A stretch of 64,000 nucleotides of DNA, taken from positions 124,001-188,000 of the forward strand of contig NW_024055479.1 of the NCBI RefSeq assembly GCF_902713615.1, in the 5' to 3' direction. The stretch comes from Scyliorhinus canicula. Taxonomy: Eukaryota. The position numbers and the translations under genes are program-made. The notes below the pieces were generated by a model. That model had not been told where the DNA came from. It ran no database searches and worked only from the letters and a program-made list of their open reading frames with translations. Positions 36,215-49,389 of this stretch are shown in pieces (within the stretch, counting starts at the first letter, position 1; each line of letters opens with the position of its first letter).

Positions 36215-37680
36215 TACATAGATAGATAGAACATTACAGTGCAGTACAGGCCCTTCGCCCCACAATGTTGCGACGAGCTGTGAAACCCCTCTAATGCCCA
36301 TGTACACTATTCCCTTATCATCCATACGTCTATCCAATGACCATTTGAATGCCCTTAGCGTTGGCGAATCCACTATTGTTGCAGGCAGGCCATTCCACGC
36401 CCTTACTACTCTCTGAGTAAAGAACCTACCTTTAACATCTGTCTTATATTTATCTCCCCTCAATTTAAAGCTATGTTCCCTCGTGCTGCACACTACCAGC
36501 CCAGGAAAAAGGCTCTCACTGTGCATCCTTTCTAATCCTCTGATCATCTTGTGTGCCTCAATTAAGTCACCTCTTAATCTTCTTCTCTCTAACGAAATCA
36601 GCCTCAAGTCCCTCAGCCTTCCCTCATAAGATCTTCCCTCCATACCAGGCAACATTATGGTGAATCTCCTCTGCACCCTTTCCAATGCTTCCACATCCTT
36701 CCTATAATGCAGCGACCAGAATTGCACGCAATATCCAAATGCGGCTGCACCAGAGTTTTGTACAGCTGCAACTTGACCTCATGGCTCCGAAACTCAACCC
36801 CTCTACCAATGAAAGCTAACACACCGCACGTCTTCTGAACAACCCTCTCAACCTGGGTGGCAACTTTCAGGGATTTATGTACATGGACACCGAGATCTCT
36901 CTGCTCATCCACACTACCAAGAATCTTCCCATTAACCCAGTATTCTGTCTTCCTGTTTTTCCTTCCAAAATGAATCACCTCACACGTTTATGCATTAAGC
37001 TCCAGTTGCCATCTCTCAGCCCAGCTCTGCAGCTTATCTATGTCCCTCGGTAACTTGTAACATCCTTCCGCACTGTCCACTACACCACCGACTTTAGTGG
37101 CATCTGCAAATTTACTCACCCATCCTTCTACGACCTCCTCCAGGTAATTTATAAAAATGACAAACGGCAGTGGCCCCAAAACAGATCCTTGTGGTACACC
37201 ACTAGTAACTGGACTACAGTCTGAACATTTCCCATAAACCACCACCCTTTGTCTTCTTACAGCTAGCCATTTTCTGATCCATACTGCTAAATCACCCTGA
37301 ATCCCATGCCGCCGTATTTTCTGCAATAGCCTACAGTGGGGAACCTTATCAAACGCTTTACTGAAATCCATATACACCACATCAACTGCTTTACCCTCAT
37401 CCACCTGTTTGGTCACTTTCTCAAAGAACTCAATACGGTTTGTGAGGCACGACCTACCCTTCAGAAAACCGTGTTGACTATCTCTAATCAAATTATTCCT
37501 TTCCAGATTATTATACATCCTATCTCTTATAAAACTTTCCAAGACTTTGCCCACAACAGAAGTAAGGCTCACTGGTCTATAGTTACCGAGGTTGTCTCTA
37601 CTCCCCTCCTTGAACAAGGCAACAACATTTGCTATCTTCCCAGTCTTCTGGCACTATTCCTGTAGACAAAGATGACTCAG
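36215..37680 (-). mobile_element. CR1 LINE 3' part (RT to tail), antisense in the J-C intron
   Basis: GNYRPVSLTSVVGK, YMDFSKAFDKVPH, GVPQGSVLGP, FADATK, GRFFTQRVVRAWNGLP on the minus strand. Confidence 0.92.
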
Positions 37681-38841
37681 TGGAATGCGTAATAGTTTGG
37701 TAAAATTGAACTTTTGAAAGGAAGATCAAAGTCATGATCAACTGAATAGCTTTTTTCCCCAGACATTATATTTCATAATTTATAATGCTGTTATTCTTAA
37801 AGAGCATGCAGTGATTTGTTTTAAACATGTGATAACTTGTATGACTATAAGTAACATCTATAATGAAGAAAAGTAAACCGATCCAAAAAATTTTTTAAAA
37901 TCCTCTAAATTCAATAGTGAGCTGCAATTGTATGACCACTGCAATGTAGTGCGACGCCCCAAACATTTTCCTCGACCTTTACAAGAGATGACCTACCCCG
38001 AGTCATATAATGAGAAGTTATGGCAGTTCCCCACAAGCTTTGTCCAAGAGGAAGGTTTAAGGCAGCTTTTAAAATGGAATGACGGATGAAATGTAATATC
38101 AAGAATGGGAGAATCCTGTGCAGATGTCAGGAGGCTGGTAGTAAATGTATGTAGGAGGTGTCCAATGGACAAAATGTGGAACAGTCTAACTCTAAAATAT
38201 TTAATACTGAAATATAAAATATTTGGGGAGTTAAGTGAGTTTCTCCACAGCAAACAAGATCTGAAGAAAATCGACGATTCAATGTTCCGAAGTTGCTCGA
38301 GAAAGCAACCTCATGGTCAGAATGCACCTTTCGGAATCATGGCCTTCATTTTCTGCAAGACTGGAATTATTTGAAGGTGTTTTACATTTGGTCTCACAAC
38401 CCACTTTAGCTCCAAGGGCACTGCAGGTCATGATTAGAAAATGTTGGAATTACTTTATCTTGTACTCAGGTTTAGAGTTGTAGGGCTATTTTATAAGCAC
38501 TCCCTGCCAAGCACCGTTTGAATCGGAGTTATTATTTTGTGAGGGCCATGGGGCTGGAGTGGCAAATTTCAATAAGGCCAGTTTCCAGTGCAACAACCTG
38601 ACGACGAGAAAACACTTTGTTCTTCACGAAAATGTAAATATTTTTGAAATGGTAGTTGCAATATTTGGAAAATGTTCTGCTCTTCTATTTTAATCTAACG
38701 AAGTCGACGTCATTCAGCTAAAATCAACATTTTAAAAATTGTGTCAGAGGCAGAGAAAGTGAACATGGGAAGAACAATTCATAATGGTACTGATGGAAAC
38801 TCAAATGCGGATGTACAGATTACTGTCAAAATAATGGAATA

Positions 38842-39068
38842 GGGCAGCACGGTGGCACAGGAGTTAGCATTGCTGCCTCACGTCGCCGAGGTCCCCGATT
38901 CGATTCCGGCTCTGGGTCACTGCCCGTGTGGAGTTTACACATTCTCCCCGTGTTGGCGTGGGTGTCACCCCCACAACCCAAAAATGTTCAGGGAAGGTGG
39001 ATTGGCCACGCTAAATTGCCCCTCATGTGGAAAAAATGAAGTGGGTAATCTAAATTTATTTTTAAAAA
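38842..39068 (+). mobile_element. Short HE1-related SINE just upstream of CH1
   Basis: GGGCAGCACGGTGGCACAGGAGTTAGC...CCCCCACAACCCAAA...GGATTGGCCACGCTAAATTGCCC; same subfamily as 49390-49592. Confidence 0.8.
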
Positions 39069-39168
39069 TTGAATAAATGTATAACTATAACCTAATTTTA
39101 AGTTGTTTGGTTACGAATTAAAAGCAAACAATTGGATCTGACATGTTCAATCCGTCTTTCTTTTCCAG

Positions 39169-39468
39169 CGACGCCGTCTCAACCCACTCTCTACAACCTG
39201 GCCCCCTCCTGTCAGCAACACAACACCGACGGCTCCGTGACCTACGGCTGTTTGGCGATGGACTACTCCCCAAAAATCAGCAGCCTTACCTGGAAGAAAG
39301 ATGGGCAGCCGATCACCACTGGATTGAAGACTTATCCGGCAGTGAGAAACATAAAGGGAACCTACACCCTGAGCAGCCAGTTAACCATCCCTGAGTCAGA
39401 GGGGGCATGCAGCAAAATCAGCTGTGAGGTTCGACACAACGGCTCAGACAAGAGCATTGGAATGACAT
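39169..39468 (+). CDS. IGHM: IgM heavy chain CH1 exon
   Basis: Acceptor TTTCTTTTCCAG, 300 nt open: [57 protein letters not shown]...SSQLTI...ISCEVRH, donor GTAAGT. C1-set Cys/Trp/Cys present; close to the shark mu CH1 I recall. Confidence 0.96.
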
Positions 39469-39678
39469 GTAAGTGTTGTGGAACCAGTACAAAATAGGAA
39501 ATCTATGAATACCTTGTGTAAGGTCTTGGTTATAACGCAGTTATAGTAATCACTGTATTCCTGATCCCAGGAAAATCCAGGTTCGTGTCTGTTGACCACA
39601 AAAACTGGCATGTATAACAGCTCATTTTATTTATTCTAAATTTCGTCTATAAGAAATATCTAACACTTGTTTTTGAAG

Positions 39679-39993
39679 GTCGTAAAAATGACAAACCTCC
39701 AAATCTTCTCCTCACTGTGAGTTCCAATGAAGAAATCACACGCACTAAATTTGCAACCATCGTCTGTTCAATCATCGATTTCCGTCCAAAGTCAATGGCG
39801 GTGAAGTGGTTGAAGAATGGACAACCCATGGGTTCAGGAATTCTCACCTCTCCCGCCTGTGAAGTGAACGAGAACTTCTCGGCGAGCAGTCGGCTGACAG
39901 TCTCCGCTGGGGAATGGTTCAGCAAAGCGGTCTATACCTGCCAGGTCACTCATAAAGGGCTCACACAAAGTCGGAATATCGGCACATCTGAAG
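39679..39993 (+). CDS. IGHM: IgM heavy chain CH2 exon
   Basis: Acceptor TTTTTGAAG, 315 nt open: (C)[47 protein letters not shown]...[22 protein letters not shown], donor GTAAGA. Confidence 0.95.
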
Positions 39994-40129
39994 GTAAGAG
40001 AATCAAACCGGGGAAATATTGATCATTCTATGCTGCGATTTTAAGCATTATGCAGAATTTTATTAAGCTACAACTTCTAATTTATTGCCATGTTCTTTGT
40101 GCTTCACTCTGATGTAAGAGCTGTATTAG

Positions 40130-41625
40130 ATTGCTCAACATTCAGGATTTGATCACATCAGCAAAGACATGTTCCCTCGAGACTGATGTTATTCAGTGGC
40201 TGAGTTTCAGTCATTATTGACTTGCCTGGATAAGTGCAGCTCCAACGACACTCAAGAAGCTTGACACCATCCAGGGCAAAAGAGGCCGCTTGATTTGCAC
40301 CTCTTCCACAAACATTCATTTCCTCCACCTCCAACATAGAGCAGCAGCAGTATTTAGAATCTGCAAGATACAGTTTGCGCATTCTCCCTGTGTCTGCGTG
40401 GGTTTCAACTCTACAACCCAAGGATGTATTAAATAGATTTGCCACGCTAAATTACCCTTTGAAAAGATTTTTAAAAAATAATCTACAAAATACACTGCAG
40501 GAACTTACTGTGCCTCCGTTAACAGAATCTTCAAATCCCACGACCGCTACCATCACAAAGGACAAGTGCAGCAGGATGACTACCTTCTGGAATTTGCCCC
40601 CCAAGTCACTCGCCATTTTAAGGTCAGAAGAGCGGATGACTGCACAATGTTCAGCACCATTCGTAACTCCTCAGATAATGAAGCTGTCCATGTCCAAATG
40701 CAGCAAGACCAGGACAATATCCAGCAGTAATAAAAAGTGGTAAGTTGCATTCGCGACCATCTCCTACAAGAGAGGATGTAACCACCGCCCCTTGACATTC
40801 AATGGGATTACCACCACTGAATCCCTCACAATCAACATTCTGGGAGTTACCATTGAATCCTCCAGCAAGCAACTGACCTCCTGATCCCCCAAAGCCTGTC
40901 CACCATCTACAAGGCACAAGTGAGGAGTGTAAAGTAATACTCTCACTTGTCTGGATGAATGCAGCTCCAACAACACTCAAAAAGCTCGACACCATCCAGG
41001 ACAAAGCAGCCCGCTTGATTGCTCCCCCTTCCACAAACATTCAAACCCTCCACCACCGAAGAACAATGGCAGCCGTGTGTACCATCTACAAGATGCACTG
41101 CAGTAACGCACCAAGGCTCCTCAGACAGCAACATACAAACCCACCATCTCGAAGGACAAGAGCAGCAGATACCTGGGAACCTCACCACCTGGATGTACCC
41201 CTCCAAGTCACTCACCACCCTGACTTGGAAACATATCGGCGCTCCTTCACTGCCGCTGGGGAAAATCCTGAACTGCCTCCCTAACAGCACAGTGGGTGTA
41301 CCTTCACCTCAGAGACTGCAGCAGTTCAAGAAGGCAACTCAACACCGCCCTCTGCAGGGCAGCTAGAAATGGGCAAGAAATGCTGACCTAACCAGCGACT
41401 CCCACATCACATAAATGAATAAAAGAAAGAACATCTCGACCTCGAAATTTCTCACCATCCCTTCACTGTTGCTGGGCCAAAATTCTGGAATTCACTCCAT
41501 AACAAGGCTGGGGATATATACACCACATGGACGACAGTGGTTGAAGAAGACAGTTGACCTCCACCTCTCAAGATAAATAATGGATAGGCAATAAATGCTG
41601 GCCTAGCCAGAGACGCCGACATCGC
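40130..41625 (+). mobile_element. L2/CR1-group LINE 3' fragments (rearranged, two tails) in the CH2-CH3 intron
   Basis: MNAAPTTLKKLDTIQDKAARLI...LHHRRTMAAVCTIYKMHC; tails near 41370-41425 and 41585-41625. Confidence 0.75.
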
Positions 41626-41863
41626 ATTGATTTCTGGAACCGTTTACTGGTAACAGCTTCTGTTCAAAGCATTGGAAAGTGAATTTCTAAAACGGTGTCA
41701 CGTACGGAGGAAGCTGGTGTACCATTGTATATTGAAGATTTAAGGAATTGTTAAGGGTTGATACATCGAGGTTGGTATAGTTTCCTTTAGAAAGTGAAGG
41801 CTGAATACTGCTGTCCTGATGCTAAAGATGGAATTTGGGTTGATTTTAATTTGTCATTCACAG

Positions 41864-42172
41864 AGCCTGCCCCTTGCACTGATGTCTCAGTAAAAATACT
41901 GCCTCCGTCAATAGAACAGGTCTTACTGGAGGCGACTGTAACCTTAACCTGCATCATTTCGAATACTCCTTATGGAGTCAACGTGTCCTGGAGTGAAGCG
42001 AAGAAGCCGCTGAAATCAGAGATTGCTGAACAGCCTGGGGCAGATACTGGGAGTGTGGTGAGCAAATTAAACATCTCGACACAAGCCTGGCTGAGTGGGG
42101 CTGTGTTTGACTGTGTGGCGAGCCACCAGGATCTGCCAACGCCCTTAAAAAAATCCATCCACAAAGAAGAAG
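41864..42172 (+). CDS. IGHM: IgM heavy chain CH3 exon
   Basis: Acceptor TTCACAG, 309 nt open: [43 protein letters not shown]...[32 protein letters not shown], donor GTGAGA. Confidence 0.96.
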
Positions 42173-42669
42173 GTGAGATTGAAGCAAAGGCCTGTCCCTT
42201 ATATTTAGTGTTTAATGGACCACATTGATAATTGTTAATTCCAATAACGAAATCCTCCGAAAGCGCAGATCATAGATTTAAGGAGAAATTGGATAAGTGA
42301 ACGAATGAGAAAGGAACAGAAGGATTTAACACTAAAACAAATAAGGTGTTGAACCTAAACAGAAGCATCGAGCAGTTGCGCCGAATGGCCTGTCTCTATG
42401 CTCTAATTACGATTCAATTGTCATAGAAACATAGTAAATTGGAGCAGGAGGAGGCAGTTGGGCTATTCATTATGAACATGGCTGATCACCCAATCCAATA
42501 ATCTGTGCTGGCTTTCCCCCAATATCGTTTGGTCCTTTTAGAGTTATACCTGACACTGTCTCGATAGCGTCTCAGCTTCACCTGCTTCCTATTGCAGCAA
42601 ATAACGCAGTCTGACCACTCTCTGGGTGAAACAAAGTTTCCTCCTTTCATCCAAAAAGGTGCCTTAGAC

Positions 42670-43058
42670 CAGGGGTGGGCAAACTACGGCCCGCGGGCCG
42701 CATGCGGCCCGCCAAAGGTATTTCTGCGGCCCTCCAAGTCATTAAAAAAAATAAAAAAATAAAAAAAAATTTTTTTAATTTAAAAAAAAAAAATTTTTTT
42801 TTAAAGGTTAATGGGGGGGGGCTGTTGGGTTACTTACTGGTATAGGGTGGATACGTTGACTTGAGTAGGATGATCATTGCTCGGCACAACATCGAGGGCT
42901 GAAGGGCCTGTTCTGTGCTGTACTGTTCCATGTTCTATATGAGGCGCCCAGAATCATAACCGGGTGAAGTAATTATTTTACTTAATATACTATGCGGCCC
43001 TTTGTGAATTGTGAATTTCTGAATGTGGCCCTTGCACGGAAAAGTTTGCCCACCCCTG
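42670..43058. mobile_element. Non-autonomous hAT (Charlie-like) MITE
   Basis: Perfect 16-bp TIRs CAGGGGTGGGCAAACT / AGTTTGCCCACCCCTG; perfect 8-bp TSD CCTTAGAC at 42662-42669 and 43059-43066; subterminal GCGGCCC repeats. Confidence 0.95.
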
Positions 43059-43182
43059 CCTTAGACTATGACTTGGTTTGTGAACAACCCATGATCGGGA
43101 ATATCCTTCGTGCATCTACGCTGTCTAGTCCTATTGGGATTTTATAGGTTTCCCCCTCATTCTTCCATCCTCTAGCGAATAT

Positions 43183-43506
43183 AGAACATAGAACATACAA
43201 TACAGAAGGAGGCCATCGGCCCATCGAGTCTGCACCGACACACTTAAGCCCTCACTTCCATCCTATCCCCGTAAGCAATAACCCCTCCTAACATTTCTTT
43301 GGATACTAAGGGCAATTTAGCATGGCCAATCCACCTAACCTGCACGTTTTTGAACTGTGGGAGGAAACCGAAGTACCCGGAGGAAACTCAGGCAGACACG
43401 GGGAGAACATGCAGACTCGGCACAGACAGTTGCCCAGCAGGGAATCGAACCTGGGACACTGGCGCTGTGAAGCCACAGTGCTAACCACTATGCTACCGTG
43501 CTGCCC
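43183..43506 (-). mobile_element. HE1-like SINE, full length
   Basis: Head GGGCAGCACGGTAGCATAGTGGTTAGC on the minus strand with a CR1-type tail. Confidence 0.88.
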
Positions 43507-44429
43507 TATAATCCTAAATTACTCTATCCCTCCTCATACATCAGTCATACCAGCCCAGGAATCAGTCTGGTAAACCGTTTCTGTGCTCCCTCTATAGCAT
43601 GGAAATCTTTGCTCAGATCAGGAGACCAAAACTGCATAGAATATTCCAAATGTTGCCCCCCCCCCCAAAGAACTGTATAATTACAGCAAGTCATCTCTGC
43701 TCCTGTACTCGAATCCTCTCGCTGTAAAGGCCAACATAGCATTTGCCTTCTTCAGTGCCTGATCACTTGTATGCTTACCTTCAGCGCTTGGTATACGAGA
43801 ACACCCAGATCTCGTTGCACATGTCTCTCTCTTAATTTATAGCCATTCAGATCATAATCTGCAGTCCTGTTTTTGCCATCAAATTGGATAGCTTCACGTT
43901 TATCAACACTGCACTACATGTGCCCGCATTGTCTACTCACTCAGCTTGTCCAAATCACATTGACGCATCTCTGTATCCTTCTCACAGCCTGCCCTCCCAC
44001 CCAGCTAGGTGTCATCTGCAAGTTTGGAGATATTGAATTTAATTCCCTCGTCAAAACCATGAATATTTATTGTAAATATCTGGGCTGCAAGCACCAATCC
44101 CGACAGTTCACCAAATGTCACTGTCTACCATTCGGCAAAATTCAATCCTATTCTGTTTCTTGTTTACCAAACAGTTTTATATCCATCTCAATATACTAAC
44201 CCCAAACCGATGCGCTTTAATTTTATAGACTAATATTTTATTTGGCCTTTGTTGAAAACCTTCATAAAATCTAAACAAAGCACAGGCCCTGACTCTCCCT
44301 CAGTAACTGTACTCGCTGCATCTTCAAAGGATTCCAGTAGAATTGTCAAGCACAAATTCCATTTCGTAAATCCATGCTCACTGTCCGATTCTGCAGTTTT
44401 TCAAATCCATTGCTACAAACTCTTCAATA

Positions 44430-47400
44430 CATAGAAACGTACATAGAAAATAGAAGCAGGAGGGGGCCATTTGGCCCTTCGAGCCAGCTACCCCATTCAT
44501 TGTGATCATGACTGATCATCAAGTTCAATACCCTGATCCCGCCTTACCCCACATCACTTTGCCCCAAGAGCTATATCTAATAACATCTTGAAATTACACA
44601 ACGATTTGGCCTCAACTACCTTCTGCGGTAGTGAATTCCACAGATTCAGCACACTCTGGGTGATTAAATGTTTCCTCACCTCAGTCCTCAGAGGTTTATC
44701 CCTTATCCTCAAACTATGATCCCTAGTTCTGGACTCGTGCAACATCGGGAACTTTCTTTTACAAATCTGCACTGTCAAATATTGTGTAGGTTTCTATGCG
44801 ATACCCTGTCACTCTTCTAACCTCCATTGAATCTAATCCTAACCGACTTAACTCTCTCCTCGTATGACATCGCCATCCCAGCAATGATGTCGGTGAACCT
44901 TTGCTGCACTGCTCCATAGCAAGATCATCCTTGCTCAGATAAGGACACCAACACGGCAAACAATACTCCAAGTTTGGCCTCACCAAGGCCCTAAAGAATG
45001 TCAGTAAATCATCTGTACTCCTGTACTCAAATCCTTTCCCTATGAAGGCCAACATAGCATTTGCCTTCTTTACTGCCTCCTGTACCTGCGGGCTTACTTT
45101 CAGCGACTGATAATGGGTCTAGAATTTGCATCTCTGCCGATGGCAAGGTGACTGGTCAATAATTCTCTTTTCTATTTACATCCCTATGTAAGTAATGGTG
45201 TTAGATTAGCTATCATCTAACCTGGAAATGGGTGGCACGGTAGCATAGTGGTTAGCACTGCTTTGTCACAGCGCCAGGATCTCAGGTTCGATTCTTGGCT
45301 TTGGTCACTGTCTGGAAGTTCTCATCGTGTTTGCGTGGGTTTCCTCCGGATTCCTTACACAAGTCCTGAAAGACGTGCTTGTTAGGTGAATTGGAAATTC
45401 TGAATTCTCCCTCTGTGTAACGGAACAGGCACTGGAGTGTGGCGACTAGGTGCTTTTCGCAGTAACTTAATTGCAGTGTTAATGTAAGCCTACTTGTGAC
45501 ACTAATAAAAGATTTTATGATAATTATTATTTTTTTAAAACTGTTCCAGAGACAATTGTATATTGAAAGGTGACAACCAATACACCTATCACTTCTAGGG
45601 TCACTTCCTTCAACATTCTCGTATATACATTATCAGGTCCGGTGTCTATATGGACCATCAATCCTATCAATTGACCTAAAACCATTTATCTACTAATATT
45701 AATATTCTTCAGTTCCTCCCTCCCACCAGACCCTGTGTTCCCCAAAATATCTGGTATGTTATTTCTGTCCCCCGTTGTGAATGCAGAACCAATGTATTCA
45801 TTTAGTTGGCAGCCAGTCCTTTGTTCCCAATTATAAATCTCTCTGTTTCTGACTATAAGGGGATTACATTTATCTTCACCAATCTTTTTCGCGTCACATA
45901 CCTGTCGAACGTTTTACAGACAGTGTGTATATTCCCTGTAAACTTACTCTCGTCCTCTGTTAAGCGCTTCTGAATCAAACCGTTGGTTCCCTTTTACGGA
46001 ATTCTAAACTGCTCCTGTTGTTTTTTCCTGGCCAATTTTTATGCAACTTCCTCAGATCTAATACTGTCACTGATTCCATTGTACGCCACCGTTTGGTCAT
46101 CTTTCTCCTTTTAGTTTACGCCAGACAGGAGTAACGGATTGTTGCAACCACCCATACATCTTAGATTATTTGCCATTTCCGATACACCGTCATCCCTTTA
46201 CGTAATGTTTCCCAATATCTTATAGCTAACTGGCACCTCATACCATCCACGTTTCGTTCATTAAAGTTCAGGACCCTATTCTCAAACTCAACTACGTCAC
46301 TCTCCATCCAGATTCAAAATTCTATCATTTTATGGTCGCGCATCCCCACGGCGTCTCGCACAACTGTATTTCAAATTATTCCTTTCACGTTACACAACAT
46401 CCATTCTGGAATTATCTCCCCTCCCGTTGGTGGTTCAACGTTTTGGTTCAGAAAACCATCACGGATATACTCCAGGAATTCCTCCTCTACAGTACGATTG
46501 TCCTTTTTGATCCTGTTCGTAGATTTCTTTGCCTGTCACTTTTCTTATTCCCCTGACTGTCGTTAGTTCGTGTTCCTGATTCCCCCTTCTCTAACTACTT
46601 GCATATATTCCCACACCCTTGTCATTTTCGTTTCAGCCCTCCCCAACCACTCAGAAAATGCTCCCCCAAGGACAGTTTGTCTTGGTCCCACCTCCTGTTC
46701 CAGCTCCGAATTCCACAACATCTTAAACCTTCCCACTCGCGCCATATCATCAGCCATTCATTCATCCTATATATCCTGATATTTCGACGGTGACAAGCAT
46801 ATGGCACTAGTATTGATCCTGAGCTCACCATCTTTCAAATGCTAGTTCTCAACTTTTTACGTAACCACCTATATTTTGATTTTTAGGCCCTCATCCGTTT
46901 TTGTACCTGTGTGGTTTGTGTCAATATGTACCATGATCACTAGCTGTTGATCCACAATGTTCTCTAAATGCTCCAAGACATTGTTGACCCGAGCACCAGG
47001 GAGGCAATACCTTGCTGAATTCGCGCGTTTGCGGCCACAGAAATGCCTACCTATTGCCTTCCCTTGAAAGGCAGAATCGCCGATAGCTATTGCACTTCCA
47101 CACTTCTACCTGCTCCTCTATGCAGCGGAGCCAACTGACGAGTAACGGATTTGGCTTTTGCCATGTTACCACAGAGGTAATTCTCCTCAACAGTATCTAA
47201 AGTGGTATCTCAGTTTTTCAGTGGAATGGCCACAGAATGAACTACCTGTCTAGTCCCTTTGCTCTTTATGTTGGTTACCCAATCCGTTCCTGCCCCTGGA
47301 GTGTGTGCTTGCGGTGTGACGACCTCTCTATTGGTGCTATCCACTTCACTCTCCGCCTTAAGGATGCACCACAGTGTCCCCAGCCGCCTCTTGGTCTCGG

Positions 47401-47640
47401 AATGCAGATTTCCAGGAGGTGAAGCTGGACGCAATTCCTGCGAGCCCCTGGCAATGGAAATGTTCCCAGCTTCCCACGTGGAACACAAGGAGAAAAGCCA
47501 CGCCTTTGTTTTTTTCTGCTAAGACTTTTAAATTAAACCTTTCGTGGATGCTTGATGTCAGACAATATCCATTATTCTCGGGCACTTCTCTACTGGTCCA
47601 CGTTGCTATAGACTATTTCCCTTATAAACTATAAACCACA
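44430..47640 (-). mobile_element. Old, near-full-length CR1 LINE including an ORF1 remnant
   Basis: 3' end near 44430; RPNLEYCLPCWCPYLSK; decayed RT/EN; at 47210-47488 an ORF1-like segment (RLGTLWCILKAESEVD...VVHSVAIPLKN). Confidence 0.65.
45230..45515 (+). mobile_element. SINE with HE1-like head and family-B-like tail
   Basis: Same structure as 29853-30150. Confidence 0.85.
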
Positions 47641-48179
47641 AAAAGTCCTTATAAACTATAAGTGATAAAAACAGTAAATATTTACCCGACGTTACCCACT
47701 ACTTACCAAACTGCTCTCCCTTTTGCCTTTATTGCTGCAGCAGGGAAAGGCCACTCTCTGAATATTTTTTAAAAATTAGAAAGCAAACACAAAATATGAA
47801 AAAGGCAGCACTTTCCTCTCTGCATCGAATTGTGCTCCTAATTCCCGATACCCACACTCACTCTGGCTGTGTCTCGTACTGAAATAGAACTGAGGTAAGA
47901 TGAGATGACTCATGCGCCAGTTAAGCATCAATAGCAATCATGGTCAAATTAGTCCCTCGTTAGGATTCATGTGACTGGCAGATAATTGACACCAACTCTC
48001 AGTTTACAGAGAGACGGACTGCGCCCGCCCATACACCGGGATGGATAACAGGACAAACAAGAAAGAGGGATAGGAAAACATGTTAAATTGAGGGCAATGC
48101 ATATTCGTCTCACACCGAGCCACCTGCACCAATGTCTTTGGAATTCTATTTTTTAACATTTGTTGTACATTTTCTGCAG

Positions 48180-48571
48180 ATCCCAACCCGCGGGAACCGT
48201 CCGTCTCTGTCCTCCTGCCCTCGGCTGAAGACGTCTCCGCCCAGAGATTCGTCTCCCTCAGCTGCTTAGTGAGAGGTTTCTCCCCCCGAGAGATCTTCGT
48301 CAAGTGGACCGTCAATGACAAGCCGGTGAATCCCGGGAACTACAAGAACACCGAGGTGATGGCGGAGAACGGCAATAGCTCCTTCTTCATGTACAGCCTG
48401 TTATCCATTGCAGCGGAGGAGTGGGCCAGCGGCGCTTCTTACTCCTGTGTGGTGGGACATGAAGCCATCCCCTTGAAGATCATCAACAGAACGGTTGATA
48501 AATCCAGCGGTAAACCCAGTTTTGTGAACATTTCCCTCGCTCTGATGGACACCGTTAATTCATGTCACTGA
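48180..48571 (+). CDS. IGHM: IgM heavy chain CH4 exon plus secretory tailpiece
   Basis: Acceptor TTTTCTGCAG; [43 protein letters not shown]...[23 protein letters not shown], then tail [20 protein letters not shown] with NIS sequon and penultimate Cys. Internal donor G|GTAAAC at 48509/48510 serves the membrane form. Confidence 0.97.
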
Positions 48572-48599
48572 GAACCAATCAGACACATTTCGGTTCTTA

Positions 48600-48615
48600 A
48601 ATAAAATACAATAAA
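48600..48615 (+). terminator. Poly(A) signals of the secreted IgM transcript
   Basis: Two AATAAA hexamers (48600-48605, 48610-48615) about 30 nt after the secretory stop codon. Confidence 0.85.
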
Positions 48616-49128
48616 GGCCTTTCATTCAAAACTTAGCTATATGCACAATCGCTCACTTAATCCTGTGTAAATATGTCACGGAAATAATTATCTGCCTGGA
48701 GTCGTAAATTCTACCTTCCTCTGGCACAAGTCTTACATCCACCGCTCGCAGTTCAGATGCACCACAGACTAGAGATGTATTGGAGTTCATTCATTACATA
48801 ATTCCACAGAGTATTTTCTGCAACATGCCTCCTGCTGAATTCGGATAGTTTTCTATTCCTCAGAAACAGCTGCAGCAAATTGAAATATCGGTGTCCCTGG
48901 TTCGTTCATTATCTATCACTCAGAATTGGGGTCAGTTGTCAGTTTAGCATCGTGCGCCTAATGGGAATGGAGTGACGGCCATATAGGAACACGTTCTGCT
49001 GCTCATCAAAGAAAGTAGAAAGGTTAATTTGTTAACCCTCTACTCCAAACTGGAGAGGATAATTGATGATTGTTAACACGCTTTAACCTCGAATCCCAAC
49101 CCAGGCAGCAGAGAGAGCGCAAGGATGA

Positions 49129-49237
49129 ATTGAAAAATGAAAACCGCTTGTTGTCACAAGTAGGCTTCAAATGAAGTTACTGTGAAAAACCCCTAGTCGC
49201 CACATTCTGGCGCCTGTTTGGGGAGGCTGTTACGGGA
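49129..49237 (-). mobile_element. SINE family B, 3' half
   Basis: CTTGTTGTCACAAGTAGGCTTC...CCCTAGTCGCCACATTCTGGCGCCTG. Confidence 0.8.
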
Positions 49238-49389
49238 GCCCAATACACTTACCTGTGTACTGTGTACCCCTTGATAGGGGTGGGGGGCGTTGACAGAAAT
49301 TATTAACCCATTGTAATCACATTTCTCCATCAGAGTAACGAAAAAGGACAAATGTTTGCACATTGTTTTTTGAATTCCCTCCGAAGGAG

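Larger units (their letters stand above)
42420..44425 (-). mobile_element. CR1 LINE 3' part hosting a hAT MITE and an HE1 SINE
   Basis: HLEYSMQFWSPDLSK...AIEGAQKRFTRLIPGL on the minus strand; the sequence resumes on both sides of the inserts. Confidence 0.7.

Noticed and set aside
29647-39168. Leftover D or J segments or RSS in the J-C intron or upstream of V
   Set aside because: The CACAGTG/CACTGTG hits I checked (e.g. 32641, 33663, 43475, 56204) lie in repeats or lack a convincing nonamer at 12 or 22/23 spacing; the best was 6/9 at 32609-32617.
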